Of a stretch of 64,000 nucleotides of DNA, positions 1 to 8,365 are shown piece after piece. The position numbers were made by a program, and so were the translations under genes. This DNA comes from Anaeromyxobacteraceae bacterium (lineage in GTDB: Bacteria; Myxococcota; Myxococcia; Myxococcales; Anaeromyxobacteraceae): the NCBI GenBank assembly GCA_047602405.1, contig JASGHJ010000001.1, positions 1,856,001-1,920,000 on the forward strand, written 5' to 3'. Below the pieces are notes generated by a model that was not told where the DNA came from, did not search any database, and saw nothing but the letters and a program-made list of their open reading frames with translations. Within the stretch, counting starts at the first letter, position 1; the number at the start of each line of letters is the position of its first letter.

Positions 1-1
1 C

Positions 2-322
2 GTGCGCGCAGGCCGGGTGAACGGCGTGCGCGACGGCCTGCCCGTCGTGGACGGGCGCCCGCTCGAGGTCGGCAGCGTGATCTGGTGCACCGGGTTCGGC
101 CCCTCGCTCGACTGGCTCGAGCTGCCCGTGCTGGACGCCCGGGGCGAGCCGGTGCAGGACCGGGGCGTGGTGCCCGGGGAGCCCGGCCTCTACTTCGTGG
201 GCGTCCACTTCCAGTACGCGATGTCGTCCGGGATGATCCAGGGCGTGGGCCGCGACGCGCGCCACGTGGTGGCGCGCATCGCGGAGCGCGTGCGGCGGGA
301 CGGCGCCGCTACTCGACCGTGA
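2..322 (+). CDS. C-terminal part of flavin-dependent oxidoreductase (FMO/TrkA-like), truncated by window edge
   Basis: VIWCTGF...PGLYFVG...SSGMIQGVGRDA motifs typical of flavoprotein monooxygenase C-termini; stop overlaps the glmS 3' end. Confidence 0.7.
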   Translation: MRAGRVNGVRDGLPVVDGRPLEVGSVIWCTGFGPSLDWLELPVLDARGEPVQDRGVVPGEPGLYFVGVHFQYAMSSGMIQGVGRDARHVVARIAERVRRDGAATRP

Positions 323-2144
323 CCGACTTCGCGAGGTTCCGCGGCTGGTCCACGTCGGTGCCCTTCAGGTCGGCCACGTGGTACGCGAGGAACTGCAGCG
401 GCACGATGGTGACGAGCGGGGAGAGCAGCGGGGGGCACGCCGGCACCGGCAGCGCCACCTCGGCCAGCGAGGCGGCGTGCGTGTCGCCCTCCGAGACCAC
501 CGCGAACACGTGGCCGCCGCGGGCGCGGACCTCCTCGATGTTGCCGAGGGTCTTCTCGTACGCCGGCTCGCGGGTGGCGAGCACGACCACCGGGAGCTCC
601 TCGTCGATCAGCGCGATCGGGCCGTGCTTCATCTCGCCCGCGGCGTAGCCCTCCGCGTGGATGTACGAGATCTCCTTCAGCTTGAGCGCGCCCTCGAGCG
701 CGACCGGGAACTGCCCGCCGCGGCCCAGGAAGAGCACGTCGCGCGCGGCGGCGCAGCGCTTCGCCACCGGCATGATGGCCGCCTCCTGGCGGATCATCTG
801 CTCCATCCAGCTCGGCAGGTGCCGGAGCGCCGAGAGGTGCTCGCGGGCCTGGTCCTCGGTGAGCGTGCCGCGCAGGCGGCCGAGCTTCACGCCGAGGAGG
901 AACAGCCCGGCGAGCTGGGTGGTGAACGCCTTCGTGGAGGCGACGCCGATCTCCGGGCCGGCGCGGGTGAAGAGCGTGCCGCCGTCGCACTCGCGGGCGA
1001 TGGCCGAGCCCACCACGTTGCAGATCGCGTAGGCGCGGGCGCCCTTCGCCTTCGCCACCTTCACGGCGGCGAGCGTGTCGGCGGTCTCGCCGGACTGGGT
1101 GATGGCGAGGCAGAGCACCTTCTCGTTCACGAGCGGATCGCGGTTGCGGAACTCGGAGGCGAGCTCGACCTCCACCGGGACGCGCGCGAGCGCCTCGATC
1201 ATCATCCGGCCCGCGAGGCCGGCGTGCCAGGAGGTGCCGCAGGCCACGACGGTGACCCGCTCGATCCCCTTCGCGTACGCCTCGGGCAGCTCCATGCCGT
1301 CGAGGGTCACGTCGCCCTGCTCGAGCGAGACGCGGCCGCGGATGGTGTCGGCGACCGCCCGGGGCTGCTCGAAGATCTCCTTGTGCATGAAGTGCTTGTG
1401 GCCGTCCTTCTCCGCGGCCACCGCGCTCCACTCGATCTTCTTCGGCTTCCTCGCGACCGGCTCGCCGCCCTTGCCGTAGATCGTGACCTTGCCGGCCGAG
1501 AGCACCGCGAGCTCGCCCTCCTCGAGGTAGCTCACCTCGCGGGTGTGCTCGAGGATGGCGGGCACGTCGGAGGCGAGGAAGCTCTCGCCCTGGCCGTGGC
1601 CGACCACGAGCGGGGAGGCGTTCTTCGCCGCCACGATCTCGTCGGGGCGCGCGTCGCTCACCACCGCCATCGCGTAGGTGCCGTGCACCTTGTCGAGCGC
1701 GGCGCGGACCGCGGAGGCGAGGTCCTTCGCGCCGGCGCCGAGGGCGTCGGCGATGAGGTGCGCGAAGATCTCGGTGTCGGTCTCGGACGAGAACTTGTGG
1801 CCCTTCGAGGCGAGCGAGGCGCGCAGCTCGAGGTGGTTCTCGATGATGCCGTTGTGGACCACCGCCACGCCGCCGTAGGCGTGCGGGTGCGCGTTCTCGT
1901 CGGAGGGGCGGCCGTGGGTCGCCCAGCGCGTGTGGCCGATGCCGGTCGTGCCGGGGAGCGGCGCGTCGTGCAGGAGGTTCACGAGGTTCTGCAGCTTGCC
2001 CTTGGCACGCTTCACCTTCAGCGTGCCCGGCCCCACCACGGCCACGCCGGCCGAGTCGTAGCCGCGGTACTCGAGCTTCCTGAGGCCCCCCACGATGAGG
2101 TCGACGCACTGCCGGGGCCCCACGTAACCGACGATGCCGCACAT
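309..2144 (-). CDS. glmS: glutamine--fructose-6-phosphate aminotransferase
   Basis: MCGIVG N-terminus, GHTRWATHG, C-terminal DVDQPRNLAKSVTVE; AAGGAG RBS. Confidence 0.98.
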   Translation of the reverse strand: MCGIVGYVGPRQCVDLIVGGLRKLEYRGYDSAGVAVVGPGTLKVKRAKGKLQNLVNLLHDAPLPGTTGIGHTRWATHGRPSDENAHPHAYGGVAVVHNGIIENHLELRASLASKGHKFSSETDTEIFAHLIADALGAGAKDLASAVRAALDKVHGTYAMAVVSDARPDEIVAAKNASPLVVGHGQGESFLASDVPAILEHTREVSYLEEGELAVLSAGKVTIYGKGGEPVARKPKKIEWSAVAAEKDGHKHFMHKEIFEQPRAVADTIRGRVSLEQGDVTLDGMELPEAYAKGIERVTVVACGTSWHAGLAGRMMIEALARVPVEVELASEFRNRDPLVNEKVLCLAITQSGETADTLAAVKVAKAKGARAYAICNVVGSAIARECDGGTLFTRAGPEIGVASTKAFTTQLAGLFLLGVKLGRLRGTLTEDQAREHLSALRHLPSWMEQMIRQEAAIMPVAKRCAAARDVLFLGRGGQFPVALEGALKLKEISYIHAEGYAAGEMKHGPIALIDEELPVVVLATREPAYEKTLGNIEEVRARGGHVFAVVSEGDTHAASLAEVALPVPACPPLLSPLVTIVPLQFLAYHVADLKGTDVDQPRNLAKSVTVE

Positions 2145-2213
2145 GTTCCGCTGACTCCTTCGGGGCCGCGCGGAGCCGCTTCGGCCCGCCCGCCCTTGTT
2201 CTCGTGACCGACG

Positions 2214-3617
2214 TTACTTCTTCGGTGCCTTCTTCGGCGCGTGCGCCTCGACCCACCCGTCCTTCACCACCTGCCGGGCGCGGCCCAGCGCGAGCGCGCC
2301 GGGCGGCACCGGGTCGGTGAGCGTCGAGCCGGCCGCGACGTAGGCGCCCGCGCCGATCTCGATCGGCGCGACCAGGATCGAGTCGGAGCCGACGAACGCG
2401 CCGTCGCCGATCTTCGTGAGGTGCTTCGCGGCGCCGTCGTAGTTGCAGGTGATGGTGCCCGCGCCCACGTTCACGCCCGCGCCGAGCTCGGCGTCGCCGA
2501 GGTACGACAGGTGGTGGGCCTTCGTCTTCCGGCCGAGCTTCGCCTTCTTCGTCTCGACGAAGGCGCCGAGCTCGACCTCCGGGCCCGCGTCGGAGCCGGG
2601 CCTCAGGTGCGAGAAGGGGCCGATCTTCGCGGCCGGGCCGATCACCGACTCGCGCGCGACCGTGTAGGGGAGGAGGGTCGCGCCGTCGGCGACCTCGGTC
2701 CGGTAGAGGATCGTGCCCGCGCCCACCCGGCAGCCGCCGCCGACCTTCGTGCCCTCGAGGAGGCGCACGTTCGGCTCGATGACCGTGTCGGCGCCCACCG
2801 AGACGTCCACGTGGCAGTCGAAGCGGTCCGGGTCCTCGATCGTCACGCCCGCCTTCATGAGCGCGCTCGCCATCCGGCGCACGAGCCGGCGGCCGGCCCG
2901 GGCGAGCTCCTCGCGATCGTTCACGCCGGACGCGTCCTCGGCCGGGACCTCGACGGTCGCGGCGCCGCCCGCGGCGGCGGCCATGGCGACGAGGTCGGTC
3001 AGGTAGTACTCGCGCTGCGCGTTCGAGGAGCCGATCCTGCCGAGCGAGGTCCAGAGGAACCCGGCGTCCACCGCGTACAGGCCGGTGTTCACCTCGTCGA
3101 TGGCGCGCTCGGCGTCCGAGGCGTCCTTCTCCTCGACCACCCGCTGTGCCCGGCCCGCGGCGTCGCGGACGATGCGGCCGTAGCCGCGCGGGTCCGGGAG
3201 CCGCATGGTCCCCATCGAGAGCTTCGCGCCGCCGTCGAGCCCGGAGAGCACCGCCTGGACGGTCGCGGTGGTCAGGAGCGGCGTGTCGCCGGAGAGGATG
3301 AGCACGCGCCCGCGGTGGCCCTCGAGGGTCGCCCGCGCCGAGAGCACCGCGTGGGCCGTCCCGAGCTGCTCGGCCTGGCGCGCGAACCGGAGCGGGGCCC
3401 CCGGCAGCACGGCGCCGAGGGCCGCCTCGACCGCGTCGGCCTGGTGGCCGACCACCACGACCACGGGTGCGGCCCCGGCCTCGAGCGCGCGGCTCACCGG
3501 GAAGAACGCGAGGGGGCGGCCCGCAGCCTCGTGCAGGACCTTGGCCCGGTTGGACCTCATCCGGGTGCCCTTGCCGGCGGCGAGGACGACCGCTGCCAGG
3601 GGCTGGTTGGAAGCCAT
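2214..3617 (-). CDS. glmU: bifunctional UDP-GlcNAc pyrophosphorylase / glucosamine-1-P acetyltransferase
   Basis: LAAGKGTRMRS, GTITCNYDG, hexapeptide repeats; start placed at MASNQPL (3617). Confidence 0.97.
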   Translation of the reverse strand: MASNQPLAAVVLAAGKGTRMRSNRAKVLHEAAGRPLAFFPVSRALEAGAAPVVVVVGHQADAVEAALGAVLPGAPLRFARQAEQLGTAHAVLSARATLEGHRGRVLILSGDTPLLTTATVQAVLSGLDGGAKLSMGTMRLPDPRGYGRIVRDAAGRAQRVVEEKDASDAERAIDEVNTGLYAVDAGFLWTSLGRIGSSNAQREYYLTDLVAMAAAAGGAATVEVPAEDASGVNDREELARAGRRLVRRMASALMKAGVTIEDPDRFDCHVDVSVGADTVIEPNVRLLEGTKVGGGCRVGAGTILYRTEVADGATLLPYTVARESVIGPAAKIGPFSHLRPGSDAGPEVELGAFVETKKAKLGRKTKAHHLSYLGDAELGAGVNVGAGTITCNYDGAAKHLTKIGDGAFVGSDSILVAPIEIGAGAYVAAGSTLTDPVPPGALALGRARQVVKDGWVEAHAPKKAPKK

Positions 3618-3681
3618 CCCGGGAGAATGCGGCCTCCGAGCATCCGCGATCAACCCCGTCCTCGTGTGATACGGGGGGAAA

Positions 3682-5340
3682 ATGTCCCAGGTCCTCGCCC
3701 TCCTCCTGGCCGCGAGCGCCATCTCCCCTCGGGGGGCCGCGGCGACCGCCAGCCCACTCGCCAGCCAGGTCGCCGCCGACGTCCTCGCCGCCGGCGGGAA
3801 CGCGGTCGACGCCGCGGTGGCGGCCGCGTACGTGCTCGCGGTGGTCGCCAACACCTCCTCCGGCCTCGGCGGAGGCGGCTACGCCCTCGTCTACGTCGCG
3901 AAGGAGGGCCGGGTGCACGCGGTCGACTTCCGCGAGGTCGCGCCGGCCGCGGCGACGCCGACGATGTTCGCGGGGGCGCCGCGCGAGCCCGGCCGGCCGA
4001 GGCCGTCGCTCGACGGCGGGCTCGCGGTGGCCGTGCCGTCCGCGGCCCGCGGCTACGCCTGGCTGGCGCGCACCTTCGGGACCTGGAAGCCGCCGGCGCT
4101 CGTCGAGCCGGCGGCGCGCATCGCCGAGCGCGGCTACGCGGTCGGCACGAAGCACGCGCTCTACGCGAAGGAGCGGCTCGAGTGCCTGCGGGCGCGCCCG
4201 GCGGCCGCGGCGGAGTACCTCGTGAAGGGGCCGGACGGCGCGTGGGTTCCGCCGCAGATCGGGGACCGGGTCGTCCGCAAGGATCTCGCCCGCACGCTCC
4301 GCGCGCTGGGGAAGGACCCCGACGCGCTCAACCGCGGACCGCTCGCCCGCCGGATCGTGGCGGCGGCCCGCGCCGACGGCGGGATCCTGACCGAGGCCGA
4401 CCTCGCCGCGGTGACGGTGCGCGAGCGCACGCCCATCGAGGGCCGCTACCGCGGACACCGGGTCGTCTCGATGCCGCTCCCGTCCTCGGGCGGCGCGATC
4501 GTCATCGCGCTCCTGCAGGCCCTCGAGGCGGAGGACCCGAAGGCCGGCGGCTACCGGGGCGACCGCTGGCTGCACGCGATGGCGGAGCTCGAGAAGCGGC
4601 TCTTCGCCCGCCGGGCCACCCTCGGCGACCCCGACTTCGTGCCCGGCGCCGAGGCCGCCGTGCGGGAGCTCGTCTCGCCCGCGTTCGCGGCCCGCCTGCA
4701 CGCGGAGGTCGGCGAGCGCGCGTCCGACCCGCCCGCCGGCGGCGGACCGGAGGAGGGCGAGCACACGAACCACATCGCGGTGGCCGATCGGGACGGCAAC
4801 GTGGTCTCGCTCACCACCACCGTGAACGTCCCCTTCGGCTCGTGCGTGGTGGTGCCCGGCACGGGCGTCCTGCTCAACGACCAGATGGACGACTTCGACG
4901 CCGCGCCCGGCGTGCCCAACTACTTCGGCGTCGTCGGCACCGGCGCGAACCTGCCCGCCCCCGGGAAGCGCCCGCTCTCGTCGATGGCGCCCACCCTCGT
5001 CTTCGACGGCGAGGGCCGCCCGATCCTCTCGGTGGGCGCGGCGGGCGGCTCCACCATCCCGACCACCCTCGTCCAGGCGATATCCAACGTCATCGACCTG
5101 GGGATGCCGCTCGAGCAGGCGCTCGGCGCCCCGCGCATCCACCACCAGTGGAGGCCGCCCACGCTGCGCGTCGAGCCGTTCGGGCTCGAGGCGGCGACGA
5201 TCCGCGCGCTCGAGGCCCGGGGGCACGTGCTCGACCTCAGGAAGGCGCCGTGGGGCGAGGCCGCCGCTGTGGGCCGGCTGGGGACCATGTGGGAGGCTGC
5301 CTCCGACCCGAGATGGGAGGGTCGGCCCGCGGCGCCGTGA
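3682..5340 (+). CDS. ggt: gamma-glutamyltransferase (secreted)
   Basis: GGNAVDAAVA, DFREVAP, HTNH nucleophile Thr, LNDQMDDF, KRPLSSMAPT. Confidence 0.93.
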   Translation: MSQVLALLLAASAISPRGAAATASPLASQVAADVLAAGGNAVDAAVAAAYVLAVVANTSSGLGGGGYALVYVAKEGRVHAVDFREVAPAAATPTMFAGAPREPGRPRPSLDGGLAVAVPSAARGYAWLARTFGTWKPPALVEPAARIAERGYAVGTKHALYAKERLECLRARPAAAAEYLVKGPDGAWVPPQIGDRVVRKDLARTLRALGKDPDALNRGPLARRIVAAARADGGILTEADLAAVTVRERTPIEGRYRGHRVVSMPLPSSGGAIVIALLQALEAEDPKAGGYRGDRWLHAMAELEKRLFARRATLGDPDFVPGAEAAVRELVSPAFAARLHAEVGERASDPPAGGGPEEGEHTNHIAVADRDGNVVSLTTTVNVPFGSCVVVPGTGVLLNDQMDDFDAAPGVPNYFGVVGTGANLPAPGKRPLSSMAPTLVFDGEGRPILSVGAAGGSTIPTTLVQAISNVIDLGMPLEQALGAPRIHHQWRPPTLRVEPFGLEAATIRALEARGHVLDLRKAPWGEAAAVGRLGTMWEAASDPRWEGRPAAP

Positions 5341-5468
5341 GCGCCGGGCGCCGCGGGCGTCCCGCGGACCGTGGAGTGGAGACCACCCGCGAGAGCACGG
5401 TATCCTCGCGGGTGGCCCGAGGGCCGCCGCGCGGGGGCGCGGCGGCGTGAGGGACCGAGAGGCGCCGC

Positions 5469-6020
5469 TTGGGGACGTCCGCACAGCCGCGTGAGATTGA
5501 GGGAGGCGCCCGCGCCGCGCTCCTGGCGGAGCTGCGTTCGCTCGAGGACCGCGCCCGCCGCGCCCGCGCCGAGCTCGTCGCGCTCGGCGTCGACGCGCTG
5601 CCGGGGCTGCACCTCGTGCTCGAGGTCGCCGGCCAGCGCGCGCTCCTCTCCGCGCAGCGCGTCGCCGAGGTCGTCCAGCTCGTCGGGCTCGGGCCCCTGC
5701 CCGGCGCGCGCGCCGAGGTCGCGGGCGACTTCCTGTGGCGCGGCACGCCGGTCGTGGTGGTCGACCTCGCGGCGGTGCTCGGCCGGCCCCGGCTGCCCGC
5801 GCTCGACGCGCGCATCGTCGTGCTCGCGTCGTCGCCTCCGGTCGGCCTGCTCGTCGACGCCGTGGAGCGGCTCGTCGACACGCCCCGGGTCTTCCGAGGC
5901 GAGGCGCCCGCCGGCGCCGAGGCGTTCGGGGGCGCGCTGTCCGCGGGCCTCTGCGTCGACGGCGGCGACGTGCTGCCGCTCCTCGAGCCCGGGCCGCTCG
6001 CCGCCGGGGTGGCCCCGTGA
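5469..6020 (+). CDS. cheW: CheW-like coupling protein
   Basis: VAEVV..LPGA..VAGDFLWRGTPVVVVDL..VGLLVDAV CheW pattern; TTG start uncertain. Confidence 0.75.
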   Translation: MGTSAQPREIEGGARAALLAELRSLEDRARRARAELVALGVDALPGLHLVLEVAGQRALLSAQRVAEVVQLVGLGPLPGARAEVAGDFLWRGTPVVVVDLAAVLGRPRLPALDARIVVLASSPPVGLLVDAVERLVDTPRVFRGEAPAGAEAFGGALSAGLCVDGGDVLPLLEPGPLAAGVAP

Positions 6021-7414
6021 GCGCGCGGCCCCAGGGCGCCGCGCTCCAGCGCGAGGGCGGCCGCGAGGACCGCGAGCCCGCCCTGCGCACCGTCGAGCAG
6101 GCGCTGCGCGACGCGTGCGGCATCACGCTCTCCGAGGGGCTCCGCGCCACGCTCACCGACGCGCTCGCCCGCGCCGCGCGCGACGCCGGCCAGCCCGAGG
6201 CGGCGTTCCTCGCGCGCCTCCACGGGCGGGACCCCGCCGCGCTCACCACGCTCGTCGAGGCGTCGGTGATCGGCGAGACCTACTTCTTCCGCCACCCCGA
6301 GCAGTTCGAGGCGCTGCGCGGCGAGCTGTTGCTCGGCGCGCCGCTCGACCGGCCGCTCCAGGTCTGGTCGGCGGGCTGCGCCACCGGCGAGGAGGCGTAC
6401 TCGCTCGCGATGGCGCTGCTCGACGCGGGCCGGACGGGCGCGGGCGACCGGATCCTCGCCACCGACGTCTCCGCCCGTGCACTCGCGGTCGCGCGGGAGG
6501 GCGTCTACGGCGAGTGGTCGATGCGGCGGGTGAGCCCCGCCGCCCGGGCGCGTCACTTCGAGCAGCGCGGCCCGCTCGTCGCGGTGCGGGCCGAGGCGCG
6601 CGCGCCCGTGGCGTTCGACCGGCACAACCTCGTGCGCGACCCGGCCCCCGCGAGCGGGCTCGACCTCGTCGTCTGCCGGAACGTCCTGATCTACTTCACC
6701 GCCGAGGCGGCCCTCGAGGTCGCGAAGAAGCTCGCCGGCGCGCTCCGTCCCGGCGGGCTCCTCGTGCTCGGCCCGGTCGAGTCCTCGGTGGCGAACGCGC
6801 TCGAGCTCGAGCGGCTCGAGGTCGCGGGGGCGATGGTGTTCCGGCGGCCGGAGCCCGGCCGGCCTTCAGGCCGGCCGAAGGCAGGTCCCCGGGTCGCGCG
6901 GTCGTCCCTCGTCTCCGGGCCGCTGCGCGATCCTACGCTCGGGACGAACGGGTTGGCTTCGCCGCAGGAACCGCGGGTCGTAGCGCCCGCGCCCGTGCCC
7001 GCGCCCACCCCCACCCCCGTCGCCGACTTCGCCGCCGCCCGGGACGCCGCCCGGAGGGGCGAGCTGGCGCTCGCCGAGACGCTCGCCCGGGAGGTCGCCG
7101 TCCGGGAGCTCTCGCCCGAGTCCTACCTCCTCCTCTCCATGGCGGCGGACGCCCGGGGGGACGTGGCGGGGGCGGTCGAGGCGGTTCGCCGCGCCCTGTA
7201 TTTGGACCCGGGGCTCGCGATGGGGCACGCTGCGCTCGTGCCACTCTATGGACAGCTCGGCCTCGCCGACGACGCCGCCCGCGCGCGGCGCAACGCGCTC
7301 GAGGCCATCCGCGAGCTCGACGACGCCGCGCAGCTGCGCGGGGTCGAGCCCGTCACCGCGGGCGCGCTCCGCAGCGCGCTCGGCGGGCCCCCGCCGTCCG
7401 TCAACAAGGTGTGA
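6017..7414 (+). CDS. cheR: CheR methyltransferase with C-terminal TPR (WspC-like)
   Basis: IGETYFFRH, WSAGCATGEEAYSLA, CRNVLIYF, TPR segment RRALYLDP; GTG overlaps the upstream TGA. Confidence 0.92.
   Translation: MSARPQGAALQREGGREDREPALRTVEQALRDACGITLSEGLRATLTDALARAARDAGQPEAAFLARLHGRDPAALTTLVEASVIGETYFFRHPEQFEALRGELLLGAPLDRPLQVWSAGCATGEEAYSLAMALLDAGRTGAGDRILATDVSARALAVAREGVYGEWSMRRVSPAARARHFEQRGPLVAVRAEARAPVAFDRHNLVRDPAPASGLDLVVCRNVLIYFTAEAALEVAKKLAGALRPGGLLVLGPVESSVANALELERLEVAGAMVFRRPEPGRPSGRPKAGPRVARSSLVSGPLRDPTLGTNGLASPQEPRVVAPAPVPAPTPTPVADFAAARDAARRGELALAETLAREVAVRELSPESYLLLSMAADARGDVAGAVEAVRRALYLDPGLAMGHAALVPLYGQLGLADDAARARRNALEAIRELDDAAQLRGVEPVTAGALRSALGGPPPSVNKV
6903..6951 (+). repeat. 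palindromic REP-like element (family A) inside the cheR linker
   Basis: CGTCCC TCGTCTCC GGGCCGC TGC GCGATCC TACGCTC GGGACG AACGG matches the repeat flanking the GIY-YIG gene. Confidence 0.85.
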
Positions 7415-7417
7415 GCG

Positions 7418-7792
7418 ATGAAGGTCCTCCTCGTCGACGACACCCGCACCCTGCTCTCGCTCATCCAGGTCTACCTGATGGGCTGGGACATGGAGTTCGT
7501 CGAGGCCCGCGACGGCAGGCAGGGCCTCGAGCAGGCCCGCCTGCACCGGCCCTCGCTCGTCATCTCCGACGTGCGCATGCCCGGCATGGACGGGTTCGAG
7601 CTGTGCGCGGCGATCCGCGCCGACAAGGAGCTGCACGGGACGCCCGTCGTGCTCCTCACGTCCCTCAACGACGACCAGAGCCGCCGCAAGGGCCGGCTCG
7701 TCGGCGCGAGCGCGTTCCTCACGAAGCCGGTCTCGGTCGACGAGCTCCGGCGCACGGTGAGCGAGATCCTGCACCTGCCGGCCCGGAGGTAG
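7418..7792 (+). CDS. single-domain response regulator (CheY-like)
   Basis: VLLVDD, SDVRMPGMDG, FLTKP. Confidence 0.92.
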   Translation: MKVLLVDDTRTLLSLIQVYLMGWDMEFVEARDGRQGLEQARLHRPSLVISDVRMPGMDGFELCAAIRADKELHGTPVVLLTSLNDDQSRRKGRLVGASAFLTKPVSVDELRRTVSEILHLPARR

Positions 7793-7794
7793 CG

Positions 7795-8361
7795 GTGGCG
7801 GAGCGCCCGAGGAGCGGCGGAGAGATTGACTTCGCGGCGCTCGAGCGCCGGCTGCTCGAGGCCGAGCGCGCGCTCGGCGACGAGGCCGACGCCGAGGTCC
7901 GCCGCCGCGTGCTCGAGGCCCGCGCCGCCGCGGTGGCGGCCGCGCGCGAGGCGCCCCGGGTCGAGAGCGTGCCGGTGCTCGCGTTCCGGGTGGGCGGCGA
8001 GCGGTACGCGGTCGACGTCGCCGAGGTCTTCCAGGTGATCGAGGCGCGCGGGCTCTCGCCGCTGCCGGGCTGCCCGGCGTGGCTGCTCGGGGCCATCGTC
8101 GCGCGGACCCGGGTCGTTCCGGTGCTGGACCTGAGGCTCGTGCTCGGCCTCGAGGGCGGCGGGATGACCGACCTCTCGAAGGTGGTGGTGGTGGAGCAGG
8201 GCGGGGAGGCGTTCGGCCTCGCCGCCGAGGAGCTCGAGGGGCGGGTGGAGGTGCCGGTCGAGGGGCTCGCGCCCGCCGCCACCGGGCCGTTCCGCTGGGT
8301 CGCGCCCGACCGGCTGGCGCTGCTCGACCTCGAGAAGGTCGGCGCGCAGGGGCGGGGGTGA
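7795..8361 (+). CDS. cheW: CheW-like coupling protein (WspB/D-like)
   Basis: LAFRVGGERYAVD..LPGCPAWLLGAI..VPVLDLR; GTG at 7795. Confidence 0.85.
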   Translation: MAERPRSGGEIDFAALERRLLEAERALGDEADAEVRRRVLEARAAAVAAAREAPRVESVPVLAFRVGGERYAVDVAEVFQVIEARGLSPLPGCPAWLLGAIVARTRVVPVLDLRLVLGLEGGGMTDLSKVVVVEQGGEAFGLAAEELEGRVEVPVEGLAPAATGPFRWVAPDRLALLDLEKVGAQGRG

Positions 8362-8365
8362 GGCC

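Noticed and set aside
2145..2213. glmS ribozyme upstream of glmS
   Set aside because: Only 69 bp separate glmU and glmS, and no ribozyme core is recognisable.
190..6249. Very long alternative-frame ORFs (e.g. 2019 aa here; 1901 and 2052 aa at 50.4-56.7 kb)
   Set aside because: Arg/Pro/Ala-rich shadows of real genes, expected in very high-GC DNA with few off-frame stops.
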